Made by a program: the position numbers and the translations under genes. DNA of 64,000 nt from positions 124,001 through 188,000 of the forward strand of contig NIVC01000963.1 in assembly GCA_002269645.1 (NCBI GenBank). The letters are read 5' to 3'. The first letter of the stretch is position 1. Each line of letters begins with the position of its first letter. Source of the DNA: Macrostomum lignano (taxonomy: Eukaryota). The notes beneath the pieces are model-generated. The model worked only from the letters and a program-made list of their open reading frames with translations. It was not told where the DNA came from and made no database searches. Of this stretch, positions 39,401-51,200 are shown one piece after another.

Positions 39401-42400
39401 ACCCACACCCAGTGACCCACACCCAGTGACCCACACCAGTGACCCACACCCAGTGACCCACACCAGTGACCCACACCCAGACACCCAGTGACCCCCACTC
39501 AGTGACCCACACCCAGACACCCAGTGACCCCCACTCAGTGACCCACACCAGTGACCCAAACCCAGTGACCCACACCCAGTGACCCACACCCAGTTGACCC
39601 ACACCTAGTGACCCACACCCAGTTGACCCCCACTCAGTGACCCACACCAGTGACCCAAACCCAGTGACCCACACCCAGTGACCCCCACTCTGTGACCCAC
39701 ACCAGTGACCCACCTGTCTCTCCAGCTTGCGCCGCAGGGCCTCAGAGCAGGCGAAGGGCTTGCGCCGGCCGCCGGCCCAGACGCCCATGAAGTAGTCGGC
39801 CATGGCGCTGTGAACTCGCGCGGCGCTGGCGCCCCCGTCTGCCTGCAGGTAGCGCGCGGCAGCGGCCTCCCGGAACTGGCGGTGGTGCCAGGCCAGCACC
39901 GCGCTGCCGTCCGCCTCGCGCTCCACCAGCCGGTGGCCCAGGTCCGCCCGGAGGCGCGCCCAGCACAGCGGCGGGATTCGAACCAGGGGTGGCAGGTGGT
40001 GCGCGAACACCTGGGGGAATCGATTGCGTCAGTTGGGATGCCCTTTGAAGCCATCTCCCAGAATCCCCAGCCTCCTCTCTGATCCCTACCTCCCAGAATC
40101 CCCAGCATAATGTCTGATCCCCATCTCCCAGAATCCCCAGCATAATGTCTGATCCCCATCTCCCAGAATCCCCAGCATAATGTCTGATCCCCATCTCCCA
40201 GAATCCCCAGCATAATGTCTGATCCCCATCTCCCAGAACACCCAGCCTCATCTCTGATCCCCATCTCCCAGAATCCCCAGCCTCATCTCTGATCCCCATC
40301 TCCCAGAATCCCCAGCCTCATCTCTGATCCCCATCTCCCAGAATCCCCAGCCTCATCTCTGATCCCCATCTCTCACCTCGGCCAGAGCGCGGTTGTCCAG
40401 AGACAGCAGGTCCTCCAGCTCAGCCTCCGACAGGCCGCCGGAGCGGGCCGCGGTGAGGCAGGCCAGGCAGCTGGTCACCAGCGCGGAGCCGTGGATCCTC
40501 TCCAGCTGGTCAAACAGCTTCCAGATGGCCTGCCGCACAGTGCGGGCCAGTCGCTCCGCTGACACGGCCGTGTGCGAGCGCCATCGCCGAGCCTCATCAA
40601 GCAGGAGGCTGGCGAACAGCGGCAGGCAGCAGCCGGAGCTGAACAACTGCCGCAGCTCCCGCCACTGCTCCAGGGTCAGCGTGCGGCTGCCGTCACCAGC
40701 CAGCAGCTCGCGACGGATCAGCTGGCAGCACTGCTCTGGCTGCAGGGGGTCCATCTGCGGTGAGTTCAGGAGTGAGTTCATGAGTGAGTTCATGAGTGAG
40801 TTCATGAGTGAGTTCATGAGTGAGTTCATGAGTGAGTTCATGAGTGAGTTCATGAGTGAGTTCACGAGTGAGTTCATGAGTGAGTTCATGAGTGAGTTCA
40901 TGAGTGAGTTCGCGAGTGAGTTCATGAGTGAGTTCATGAGTGAGTGGGTGACGTCAAGTGTGAACTCACCCTCAGAAAGGCCTCTTCACCCCAGCGCGAC
41001 AGCAGCAGCCGCCGGCACTCCTCCAGCAGGCCGCCTCCGCTGCCTTCGTCGGACATCACGGACACGACCAGCCGGACTCCCCGCGGCAGCTCCGCCCGCA
41101 GCAGCGCCGACACGACCTCAGCAGGCTGCGCGGCCTCCAGCTGGTCAGCCGCGTCCAGCAGCAGCGCCACCCGCCGCCTCCGCCTGGCGCCACCCGCCCG
41201 CTGCAGCGCGGCGAACATCGAGGCGGACAGGCGGCTGACTGGGACACCGGAGCCACCGCTGGCACCGTCCGAGTCGCCGAGGCAGGCCGAGAGCTGTGCC
41301 AGGATGAGGCGCAGAGTCTGGGCCAGGCCGGACGAAGCGACGCTGGTGCCGAGGAAGCGCAGCAGCAGCAGCAGCGGCCGCCTCCGGCCCGGCCACCAGC
41401 GGCAGCGCAGCAGCCACGCCGCTCTAGCCAGCAGCGCCGACTTGCCGCTGCCCGACCTGCCGTGCAGCACCAGCGGCGGCCGCCCACGCCTCCGCCGGCG
41501 TCGCGACGACCCGTCATCGTCCTCCTCCTCCTCCTCTTCGCTGTCGCTGTCCGCCAGGTACCGCCGCAGCCTCTAAAGACATCCGGGAGCTCCGCCCGGC
41601 CAGTCCGCACGGTGACGGCGTTGGCCACCGGCAGCAGCGCCGGCAGGTCGCTGCGCTTCAGCCGCTCCAGGGCGCTGCGGGCGTCGGCGCCTTCGGGCGA
41701 CTCGCTGGCGGCGTCGGCGTCCAGCAGCTCCCGTCTGAGCAGCAGGGCGTCTCGGCTGCGACTCTCTGGAGCCCCGGCCAGCCCCGCCAGCAGCTCCAGG
41801 TGGGTCACCGAGGCCGTGAACGGCGTTGCCTCCTCGGCGCTCAGCTGCCAGGGCGTTTCCATGGCAACGGGCAGGCAGTGGTGGACGCCGGATCGAAGAA
41901 TTGGAGCTTCCGCTCGCCACCTGCAGTTCGGGGGGCTCTGCATCAGTTCTGGGTCAGCTCTAGGTCAGTTCTGGGTCAGCTCTGGGTCAGTTCTAGGTCA
42001 GTTGGTCAGTTCTGGGTCAGTTCTGGGTCAATTCTGGGTCAGTTTTGGGTCAGCTGGGTCAGTTCTGGGTCAGCTGGGTCAGTTCTGGGTCAGCTCTGAG
42101 TCAGTTCTAGGTCAATTGGTCAGTTCTGGGTCAGTTCTGGGTCAGCTCTGGGTCAGTTCTAGGTCAGCTCTGGGTCAGTTCTAGGTCCTCAGGTCTGGGT
42201 CAGTTCTAGGTCATCAGTTCTGGGTCAGGTCTGGGTCAGTTCTAGGTCAGTTCTGGGTCATTTCTGGGTCAGCTGGGTCAGTTCTGGGTCAGCTCTGGGT
42301 CAGTTCTAGGTCATCAGTTCTGGGTCAGGTCTGGGTCAGTTCTAGGTCAGTTCTGGGTCAGTTCTGGGTCAGTTCTGGGTCAGTTCTGGGTCAGTTCTGG

Positions 42401-44122
42401 GTCAGTTCTGGCTCAGCTGGGTCAGTTGAGTAATTTAAGTCAGCTGGATCAGCCATGAGTCAGGTGGATCAGCCATGAGTCAGGTGGATCAGCCATGTCA
42501 GTCAGGTGGGTCAGCCATATGAGTCAGCTGGATCAGCCATGAGTCAGGTGGGTCAGCCATGTCAGTCAGGTGGGTCAGCCATATGAGTCAGGTGGGTCAG
42601 CCATATCAGTCAGGTGGGTCAGCTATATGACGTCAGCGAGCACCTGTCAGCCAGCTCAGCGTTGGTCAGCGGCCGCAGCTCCCATACAGGCGGCTGGCAG
42701 TTGGAGTCCTCCAGATACCAGAAGCGCAGTAGCTCAGCAACCGATGGAGTCACCGCTGCCGCGCCAGCCACAGCTCGGAACTGGCGCTGGCTGATGCGCC
42801 TGGGCAGCTCGCGGCTGCCGTAGCGATCACCCAGGATGGCCTGCAGAGAATAGCGGGAAAACCCGTGGAAATTCCATGGATATTCTGTGGTTTCTGACGA
42901 TAGAAATTTCTGATGATAAACGATAGACTCAGTCATCTGACCCCCCAACTCAGCCACCTGATCCCGAAACCCAGTCACATGACCCCAAACTCTGTGGACT
43001 GATCCATAAAATCAGTCACCTGATCCTTGAAACTCAGTCACGTCACCTGATTTCCAAACTCAGTCACCTCATCATACAGCTCAGCAACTTGATCATTGAT
43101 CTCAATCACCTGATGATTAAACTCAGTCACCTACTCAGTAGGCCCAATCATGCGATCCTTAGACTCAGTCACGTGACTCACCAGAAAGTAGGGTCCCACG
43201 GACATCCGCATGCAGGTGCCAATCTCGGCCAGGCAAATCTCGGTGGCCATGTGGTCGAGGGCGGCCCCCTCCTGGATGCCCCAGCGCATGTCCGCAATCT
43301 GCACATCGGTTTCCCGGTGATTTTAGAATTATTTTAGCGTCATGGCGACTGTTGCTACTTGCAGTAGGTGAATTGTATATACAGTGAAATTATTTACTGA
43401 TATTTACTAATATTTTTAACAAAGACAACCAAAGCGAACCGCCTTGCCTGGAATTCCAAGCCGTACTTTTCTCGACAGAAATCTTTCATTTTCGGGCAGA
43501 CGGCCTGCATGATGATGTTCCTCTCCAGGTGCATGTCTGAGGGAAGGCAAAGTTTGTTTGAATCGGCAAAAATATGCCCTGTTTTACTGACGACTAGCAA
43601 TGTTCCTTTCCTTAGTATTCAGATGAAAAAGTAGTGTCCGATAAATTTCCCGTGTCAGGTGAGAAATTCTCTCTTATCGGGTGAGAAATTCCCTCTTATC
43701 AGGTGAGAAATTCCCTCTTTTCAGGTGAGAAATTCCCTCTTATCAGGTGAGAAATTCCCTCTTATCAGGTGAGAAATTCCCTCTTATCGGGTGAGAAATT
43801 CCCTCTTATCAGGTGAGAAATTCCCTCCTATCAGGTGAGAAATTCCCTCTTATCAGGTGAGAATTCCCGCATTCAATGCGGCAGTCTCACCGGAGAATGT
43901 GGAGCTGATGAAGACCCGCACAGTCTTGGACTTTTTCTCCGGCAGGTGCTCAAACTGACCGCGCAGAAGGCGCTGAAAGGCCAGGCCCGAGGCTGCCGGG
44001 TCATCCGGCAGTTTGGTTGGCAAAGTCTGCGCCAGGCGGGAGCTGTGGTCGTCCAGCCCCTCAGCTGATTCCCGCCTGTCTAAGCCGGCCGGCTGCCCCA
44101 GTGGCAGGGTGAAGTTCAGCAT
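29539..44122 (-). CDS. NACHT and WD-repeat protein (NWD1/NWD2-like), ~2000 aa. Exons: 44122-43891, 43536-43448, 43298-43182, 42840-42644, 41920-40970 (break at ~41575), 40754-40377, 40010-39714, 36582-35719, 35293-33631, 32527-32205, 31623-31384, 31047-30492, 29663-29539
   Basis: DUF4062 motifs VRVFISSTFS-D, KYGLEFQ-IADMRWG, ICLAEI, ILGDRYG, WYLED; SVTHLEL; Walker A PLVLHGRSGSGKS; RFLGTS; Walker B LLLDAADQL; GLSEAELEDLLSLD; WHHRQF; ADRQVPRQPF..YNRRSLSELPHHL; beta-propeller-like segments; final RPPDPIEFVARSL. Splice phases agree across all 12 introns (one GC-AG). Confidence 0.85.
29745..30440. repeat. 25-bp then 20-bp minisatellites, last NWD intron
   Basis: Units TGTGCTAGACTAGTAGAGTGGCACC and GCACCTGTGAGACTGGGATG. 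Confidence 0.95.
30706..30902. repeat. 12-bp repeat in frame within NWD exon 12 (EEQR/EEQH)
   Basis: Unit GCTGTTCCTCA(C/T), ~16 copies, reading frame uninterrupted. Confidence 0.9.
31079..31370. repeat. (ATTG)n microsatellite intron
   Basis: Direct inspection. Confidence 0.95.
31724..32187. repeat. 34-bp minisatellite intron
   Basis: Unit ACGCAAGATGCCAGACAGTGGACACAAACTGCAG. Confidence 0.95.
32652..33560. repeat. (AATC)n microsatellite intron
   Basis: Direct inspection. Confidence 0.97.
35450..35714. repeat. 8-bp repeat intron
   Basis: Unit GACACCCT / GTCACCCT. Confidence 0.9.
36598..36960. repeat. 11-12-bp repeat at the 3' end of NWD intron 7
   Basis: Units GCTGAGATGAA and GGCTGAGATTAA. 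Confidence 0.9.
37404..38752 (+). CDS. Secreted WSC + PAN/Apple domain protein, nested antisense in NWD intron 7; exons 37404-37842, 38523-38752 (~222 aa)
   Basis: Hydrophobic N-terminus; WSC motif LGCFFD..MTQELCASIC..FAALQAGAWCCCGN..C..SC.G...NCGG; PAN-like DCAGLCGPGCEAFIYSRAQRLCHL. A phase-1 GT(TGAG)..TTGCAG intron filled with repeats joins them; unspliced, the first part stops at 37847. Confidence 0.72.
37880..38465. repeat. 14-bp then 15-bp minisatellites in the WSC-PAN intron
   Basis: Units TCTGGGGTGCAGTT and GGTGAAGTTTCGATG. Confidence 0.95.
38985..39712. repeat. ~15-17-bp minisatellite at the 5' end of NWD intron 7
   Basis: Unit CCCAGTGACCCACAC; the minus-strand unit contains the donor hexamer GTGGGT. 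Confidence 0.95.
40055..40372. repeat. 35-bp minisatellite, NWD intron 6
   Basis: Unit GATCCCCATCTCCCAGAATCCCCAGCATAATGTCT. Confidence 0.95.
40760..40945. repeat. 12-bp minisatellite, NWD intron 5
   Basis: Unit GAGTGAGTTCAT. Confidence 0.95.
41943..42628. repeat. 10-bp and ~20-24-bp minisatellites, NWD intron 4
   Basis: Units GGGTCAGTTCT-like and GAGTCAGGTGGATCAGCCAT. Confidence 0.92.
43655..43865. repeat. 22-bp minisatellite, NWD intron 1
   Basis: Unit CAGGTGAGAAATTCCCTCTTAT, 10 copies. Confidence 0.95.
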
Positions 44123-44809
44123 GTCGGGTGGCTGGGCTTTGCCCGCTGCGGGTGCGAGTGAAGCAGTTGTTTTATTTCAGCTGTACATTGCAATTTGTAC
44201 TCATTATTGGAATCTAAATTACGAGCTATTTTGCTATTTGGCTTAACAGATTGGCAATTAATGCTTCCAACTGTTAATTTGCTGCTGTATTTTCCTTGTT
44301 TGTTTTACTAACTGTAATGAAAGGAAATGATAAATCCTATTTTTCGGGTTATTGTACAAAGTTAAAATTTTAATTATTTAAAAGGCTTAAAAAACCTTTT
44401 CTTTAAATGTATTATCTATCTGCTCCTTTCTAATCATTATGAATATGATAGGCTTATTAAAAAATAGGTTAGTTATATACACATTTAAGGAGCATTTTTG
44501 ACATCAATTAGTTATTAAAAACATACTTTGAATTTGTCATTTAATTTTTTTTAAAACTAATAACGATTTCTGCAGTTTCAGTTTATTATAGACAGTAATA
44601 AACAGATTTGAATTGTAAAATATGATTTCAAATTGTGATTTAAAAAGTTGCTATGCTAAAGAAGTCTAATAAATGCTTTGGATTTAAATAATTGAATCGA
44701 AAAAATCGAAAAAGAGTGTAGTTTTATTGTATTTAATTCACTATCTTTAAAGAAATAATTCGGTTAAATGTCTGGAAGCAAAAGTCGATCAGTGTAAGTA
44801 AAAACGAAG

Positions 44810-47800
44810 TGAATTAAAAAATGTGTAGATGTGCAATTTGCTGTATATTATGATAGCATGGCTATACAACAACTGATAAGAGCAGTGCTAAACTTAGACA
44901 ATTGGTTGAAATTAGACTTTTGCTTGAATAGTTTCACTGTGTGACCAAATTTTACTGTTGAATGTAGAAACTTCACTACAAGGCATTATATAAAAGCCAA
45001 AATGAAAATTTATAAAATTCATCTATTAGTGTAGCGGCGTGTAGCCTGTGTAGGCCATGCAGCAACTATTATAATATACTTTGACACGAAATTCTGTAAT
45101 CAAATTAGCTTCAGAAAATCTAGATTAAAAAAATTATATCACGCATCGTGTCTCCCCTAGCGGAGAAATACGACGGTCCCCGATCAAAAAAAGTTGGCTT
45201 AATTATGTCTTAAAGATGTCTTGCATAAGACAGAAAGATGTCTTCAAGACATCTTACAATTGACTTAATTCGGTCTAAAAATTGGCTCCTTGCAACACTT
45301 GTAGACAACTTAGAGATAACTTAAAGACGTCTTCAGACATCTTCAAGACATCTTAAAATCTACTTAAAGACATCTTCCAGATGACTTGCAGAAGACATCT
45401 TGCCCAAGATCATTTAAGAAATGCTGTTGCCATTGCAATCATAGTTGTTTAAAAGAAAAATGACTAAAAATATTACAGCACTCTTTTGTTTTGTTTCAGG
45501 CAATATTGATATGAAAGAGAAGCTATTTAGTAGGCTTCTAAACATGGTTCAATGTAATTTATGATTTATGATTTATATTTTCATTTTATAAAAGGCACAG
45601 TTTAAAAGTCACAGAAGCAATAAAATGGTGAATCAAAAACAAGTTAAAATACACTAAATAAAAATGCAAAAATACTCAAGTGCAAGTGTATAATTTTATA
45701 ATGCATCATACCCAGTCATTGCATGGAAATACTTGGTTAATGCAATAATGATCAAGTTGCTCATTGCTTGGTGGAAAACTTGCTGTAAATTGATCCTTTG
45801 CTAGCCAACTACTAGTTAAGAATTGGCTCAATCCAGGAAGATTCAAGATCCAGGTTAGCTTCCACTATGATGGATAGCATGTGTTGATAAGGCTGAAAAG
45901 GATAAGTTTAATAAAGGTTATAGTTTATAGGTTGTTAGGCTAAAATAATTTGAAATTCATAAGTAAAAAACAAAAAATAATAAATAATAGATTATTATAC
46001 TAATATACATTAAAAATCTAATAAATAAATTGCCTAGGCCCCTACTATATATTCACACAAGTGTATTATACAATAACTTTGCCTTAGGCTTAAATACATA
46101 GGCTAAAGCTTAGGGCCTAATCTCAAAGCAAAATAAAAAGATTAGAATATCAATTTTATATAAAACTTCTAGGCATACCAACTCTATTTATTCTCTATTA
46201 GGCCTAATCCAATTTTTGAATGTGATATAGGCCTAATAATAAATTATAAGGCTATATCTATTTTTTATTTAAATTTTCATTGGCCTAGCCAAGAAAAAAG
46301 CACTAATGACTAGGCCTAATATTCAAAATATTGATATATTGAAAACATCATATATATGCCATTAGCCAATAATAAAGGCAAAGAGGAAGCAATATATAAA
46401 GGCCTATAGGCCAAGGTTTTCTTTTTTGCCAGAGACAAGGTACAAAAGTGCACTCTATACTCATTTTTAAAATTATAGTGCAATTTTAAGGCTCAAAGTG
46501 CAATTTCTTATTTTTCTTATTTTAGGGCAATGCAAATGAGGCTTCAAGTTTAACAGAAAATCAGGTTATAAGACTGTCCCTAAATTGCAATTTTCAATTT
46601 TCAAATTAAAAGTGCATATATATACTCTACATGTAAAAAATAAACCTAGCTAGGCCCCTATAGGCTCATGGAAATTATTTATTACTTTTGACATAAAAAT
46701 CAAAACAAAAACTATTTAGGCCTAAGGAAGAAGCTAGGGCCTATCTAAGGCTAAGAGGCCTACAACAGAACAAAATAGCCTAATAAGCCAATTCAACAAC
46801 TATAAAACTTTGACTTTAAAAAGCTAGAAGTAAATAAAACATATATTTTTAGTTTTAGGCCTAGTACATGGGCCTCTAGTTAATGCCGGAATCTTTTAAG
46901 GCCTAACTTAAAATGTACACATGACTATGCATTAGTTAACTAGTGCTTACTAGTGCTAGGCATAGCAATAGATATGCAGTAGGCCTAACTAAAAAAAACA
47001 TTGCATCCAAGGTCCAATTTAAAATTGTAATTTTTAAGTCAGGATGTTACATAGCATCCCTATTGCCTATTGCATAAAAACATTTCTGGCCAATCTGGGT
47101 TTTTGCTGGTACCTGGCACTAGAATATGAAATACAATCCTAGAAGCTATCCAAGGAAGAATTAGTAAAAAATACTACTAGGCCTAGGAAGGTTTAATTTG
47201 AGGATAGTAGATGTATCATCACGAATAGTAATACACTGTCGCATTAAGTAAAGATAAATCTAGGGTAGGGCTTACACCAGAAATCTATATAGGCTATAGC
47301 AGCCAATGAAAAATTGAAACTTATTACAAAAGATAGAAGCAAGTGTTCGAGAATTAGGCGGCCTTCACGGTCAACAAGGTTGTCTTTTAGTCCTTTTTAA
47401 AAATGTCGTTCCGCCATATTGATTTTAGCTGTTTTTAACAAAAGCATCACCGATATATATTGCAACTTAGTCTTTTTTAATGCTTAGCGGTTTAGAATTT
47501 TGTAAATATATTTACTCCAATCAAAACTGTTGTAGTTAAACTTTGTTTCAGAGTTTGTAACGACTTAATATAAAAAATTGCATATAATTGCACTCCAAAA
47601 GCGTAAAGGATTTTTAATAATAGGCACACCTTCCACAGACTACAATACAACAAAATTTTTTGATAAATGTCACAATAGTTGCTTGTTTTATTTTTTATTG
47701 ATTTTAACGATCTAGATAAATTTGTATCTGAAACATCCTACTTACAGTAGAAACAGTTGTTTATGTAAATTTTTAGTCTTTAAGGTGATGTCTTAAAGAT

Positions 47801-48250
47801 GTCTTCAACAAGACATCTCATAAAAGTCAATTTCAAGTCATCTTCAAGACAACTTTATCAGGATAGCTTGTGGAAGCAAAGTGGAAGATATCTTGAAATT
47901 GTCTTGAGGTGTCTTTAGCCATCTTAAGACAATTCTAAGACGTCTTAAGACAACTTCTTTTTGATCGGGTCGTTGCTGAATTTTACGTTACCGGAGAATG
48001 AAACGTGTTAATTTTTTACTTTTTGCCTCCTCGACTGAAAATTATGAGTCAAAATTGATAAAAGAGTGAGTCGGTATTAACAGTTTTCGGAACCGTCCTA
48101 AACTATCAAGAATCTGGGCTAATAGCTGGGTTAGCAATCTCAATATTCAACCATCGATAAAATAATCTACGGCCGGTAACGTTTAGTAACCGTTAAATCA
48201 GCGGCAGCTCCGCATCCTTCTTAATATTTCTGAGTGTCATACAAAATCTA
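44810..48250. repeat. Copy 1 of a dispersed ~600-700-bp segment (44810-45177 + 47970-48250), split by a TIR element
   Basis: Colinear similarity to 57318-57930 on both sides of the insertion. Confidence 0.85.
45178..47969. mobile_element. 2.8-kb non-autonomous DNA transposon with CCC...GGG termini
   Basis: TIR CCCGATCAAAAAAAGTTG / CAACTTCTTTTTGATCGGG; subterminal AAGAC/GTCTT arrays at both ends; AT-rich non-coding interior; empty site visible at ~57660. Confidence 0.88.
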
Positions 48251-51200
48251 TGAACTAGATAGGGTATAAGGATCCTTAGAAACATGCATGTATCAAGCAC
48301 AGTTAAGCTCTTATGAAAAAAAAACAAAATTGTTTGCTGGACACCCAAATATATGTATACATGTACATGTGTACATGTAGACTATTTATATTTAGTTTGA
48401 TGTACATGTACATGCATTTGTACATTACTCACTATATTTAATGCGCAATGTAACTTGCATGTGGACATGTAATTTACATATTTGCCACTGACGAGGTTTT
48501 AGCACCTTAGCACCGCGAATTCGCGCCTACATACATGTACATGCATGTACCATGATTCCCTTTTAATTTCTAGTCCAGTACGTGTGGTGCCAATGACCAC
48601 GGATAATTAAAGCAAAGTATATACTACGGGACGCGACATTCATGTTTCATTGAAAAAGTTTTTGGCTTTGAATTGTAATTGTAACATACTGATGAGGATG
48701 TGCATATCCAACTCAGCTAGCCCTAGAGGACATTCTGTTTCTCAAAGTTAGCAGATCTTCTCAATCTGCTCGGTTCTTGCAGAATCTTCTAAGATGGGAG
48801 GTACATTTGTTTTGTTATTCATTTGGCTAAAGTGTTCTAGATGAACTTATATTTTATTTTATGACAAAATGGGACATTAAATTTACGAAAATATGCGATT
48901 TGAAGCTATAAAAATATATAAAAGCTAAGATCTTGTACGATGTAGCAAGTCGCCCAGATCTGGTAAGTTTACCTAAGTATTATAGCGAAGATCTTGCACG
49001 TTCTTGCAAGTACTTGCGCATCAACCCAAGAAGATAGATGGTTGCTAGAATAACTATATGGAAATCGAGACAATTTGCTTGCTATAAGCGATGAAAACGA
49101 AAAGGGGGTATATTTAAGCGAGATACTCTTAGTCGACATTTATAAGCTGAATGAGCGTACAATACGATTGAGCGTAATATGGGGTGGGCGATCAATAATG
49201 GATCAATATGTACGTAGGAGCAAGATAAATATGTTAGCCTAATTAAGTGTACAGTTAACTATAACAACGAACAAGTACAATAAATATCTTGATACTGCGA
49301 AACAGTGGCAGCCCCAGAACAATAGACAAGATCTGTTAAGAATCAACAAGTCAATGTCTTCTAGGGCATGTACATGCAGTTCCTGTACTATCTGGACCTA
49401 TTTTATCAACTCTACAGCTGTTTACACATTCTGCATGGTTACACGGTCAGCTAAGAATGACGAAATAGATTCATAAAACCAACTAGCTGAGACGTGCCAT
49501 AATGGTTTTTAGGCGCAGGCCATATGCAATTGTACGTAATTAAACATCCTAATTTTACGTCGTGTCAACATCAAGGATACAAAAAATCTTTGCATATGTA
49601 CGGTGTTGCTTTAGTTCTCCTTGGTCATCATAGAAATATAAAAGGAAATTTTGCTACTATACATGTACAGTACATACGTTACTCCAAAACAAAAAATACG
49701 TTCCAAAGTTTACATTGTATATCGCCAGACGATTATATTTCCCTTAACCAATTGACATGAAGAGAAAAATCAAACGGGTAGGAGAGTGTAACAGGTCGTT
49801 TATCGGTAGTCTCTGAAAGGCCTCTCACGCCAACTACCTTACACGCCTGCTACCCCTCTGCCACGACAGACAGAAGCTTCGGAAGAACTGAGACAAGTCC
49901 TTTTCGTAGGTTTGAGCTCAAACTCTACTAAACTAGGCAGTGGAGAGCCTTGGCTCTTTCAATTGCATTGTATTTATAATACTCGACATTGTGCTCTGGG
50001 GCAGCGTTGGGTGGTGGCGTGATATTTTCCGCCCCACCCATCTTATTTGCTTTTTTTGCATAGTTAGGCAGTTTAGATAAACTAACACAGAGAGGGCACG
50101 CATGGTCTGCGTGGCTGTTTTAGTGCAGGCAAATGGGTGGGTCTAACATTAAATATCTATGATAAGTTTGTAATAGCATTTTGAACGCTGATAGAGAGAA
50201 ACAGATCAGTGCTTATCTGTAATGACTTGAGAACGAAGTCTTGATTCGCTATTGCACTGGGATGGGAAGTGGCGCCTGCAAGTGGCAGACAGGAATACAT
50301 GTAAGAGATGTGAGCCCGGACCGTGGCGTCCGGTTGGACTATATATTTGGGAGCTCCCGGGCCCCGACATAGAAAGGCGTGCTGTGGCACGAAACATACT
50401 GGTACGAAAGGTACAAATGGTGGGAGTGTGCAGAAGGGAGAATCCGTTGAGTCAGTGAGGGGAATCAGGGGTGCAAAATAACATTAGTTTGTGGGAGCGG
50501 TAGGCCCTGGCCAGGTTGCGGAGAAATCCACAGCTCAGGCCATCAGCACACTATCAACACACGATTCGAGAAGGAAGCTGAGACGTGTTTCTAGTTTCCT
50601 ATTGTAGCAGTCGGGACAATTAACCAGCGATTGAACGGAATTTGGAGGATCATATTGTCGGGATGTATCTGCTTGATGCCAAGGGGCTGTTTAAATTATT
50701 CGATATATTCCAGCTCTGGGAATTCAGTTCACTGGTGAGGCCATCAGCACTCGATCCAAAACATAAAATCTGTGGATACAAATTTGATTGGGAACTTATC
50801 TTAACTGTGCTGGCAACTACCAGACTGGCCGATATTCTCAAACTTGGGAGAATTAGAATTAGTGAAAGGGTAATTCCGCAGCTTCGACTGCTTTACTTTT
50901 TGTCCCGGTCTCCAAATCTTGGGCGGAATGAACAGAGTTGCAGCTAACCTTGGCTAGAAAATGAAGGTGGATACGTAAGTGAGTGGGAGCAGTTGTAGAA
51001 AGAACTACTTTCTTACCTCGCGGCAGTTTGCCTCCGCGCACAGACGGCCTCTTTAATGCAAAGCGTCGGTGCAAGGGTGGCGTCGAAGCCGACACAGGGG
51101 GGGGGGGAAGAGAAGAGTCCGTGGTGTCGGCACCATCTTTATGTCGCCTCACCATGGTCTCTCCTCGTGGCAGGCTCTCCAGCACGTTGCCAAAGTACCA

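Noticed and set aside
37968-39604. ORFs from the 14/15/16-bp arrays
   Set aside because: Tandem-repeat translations inside introns.
48689-48715. Possible hammerhead ribozyme (CTGATGA-GGAT..ATCC)
   Set aside because: The GAAA core after stem II is missing, and stems I/III cannot be formed.
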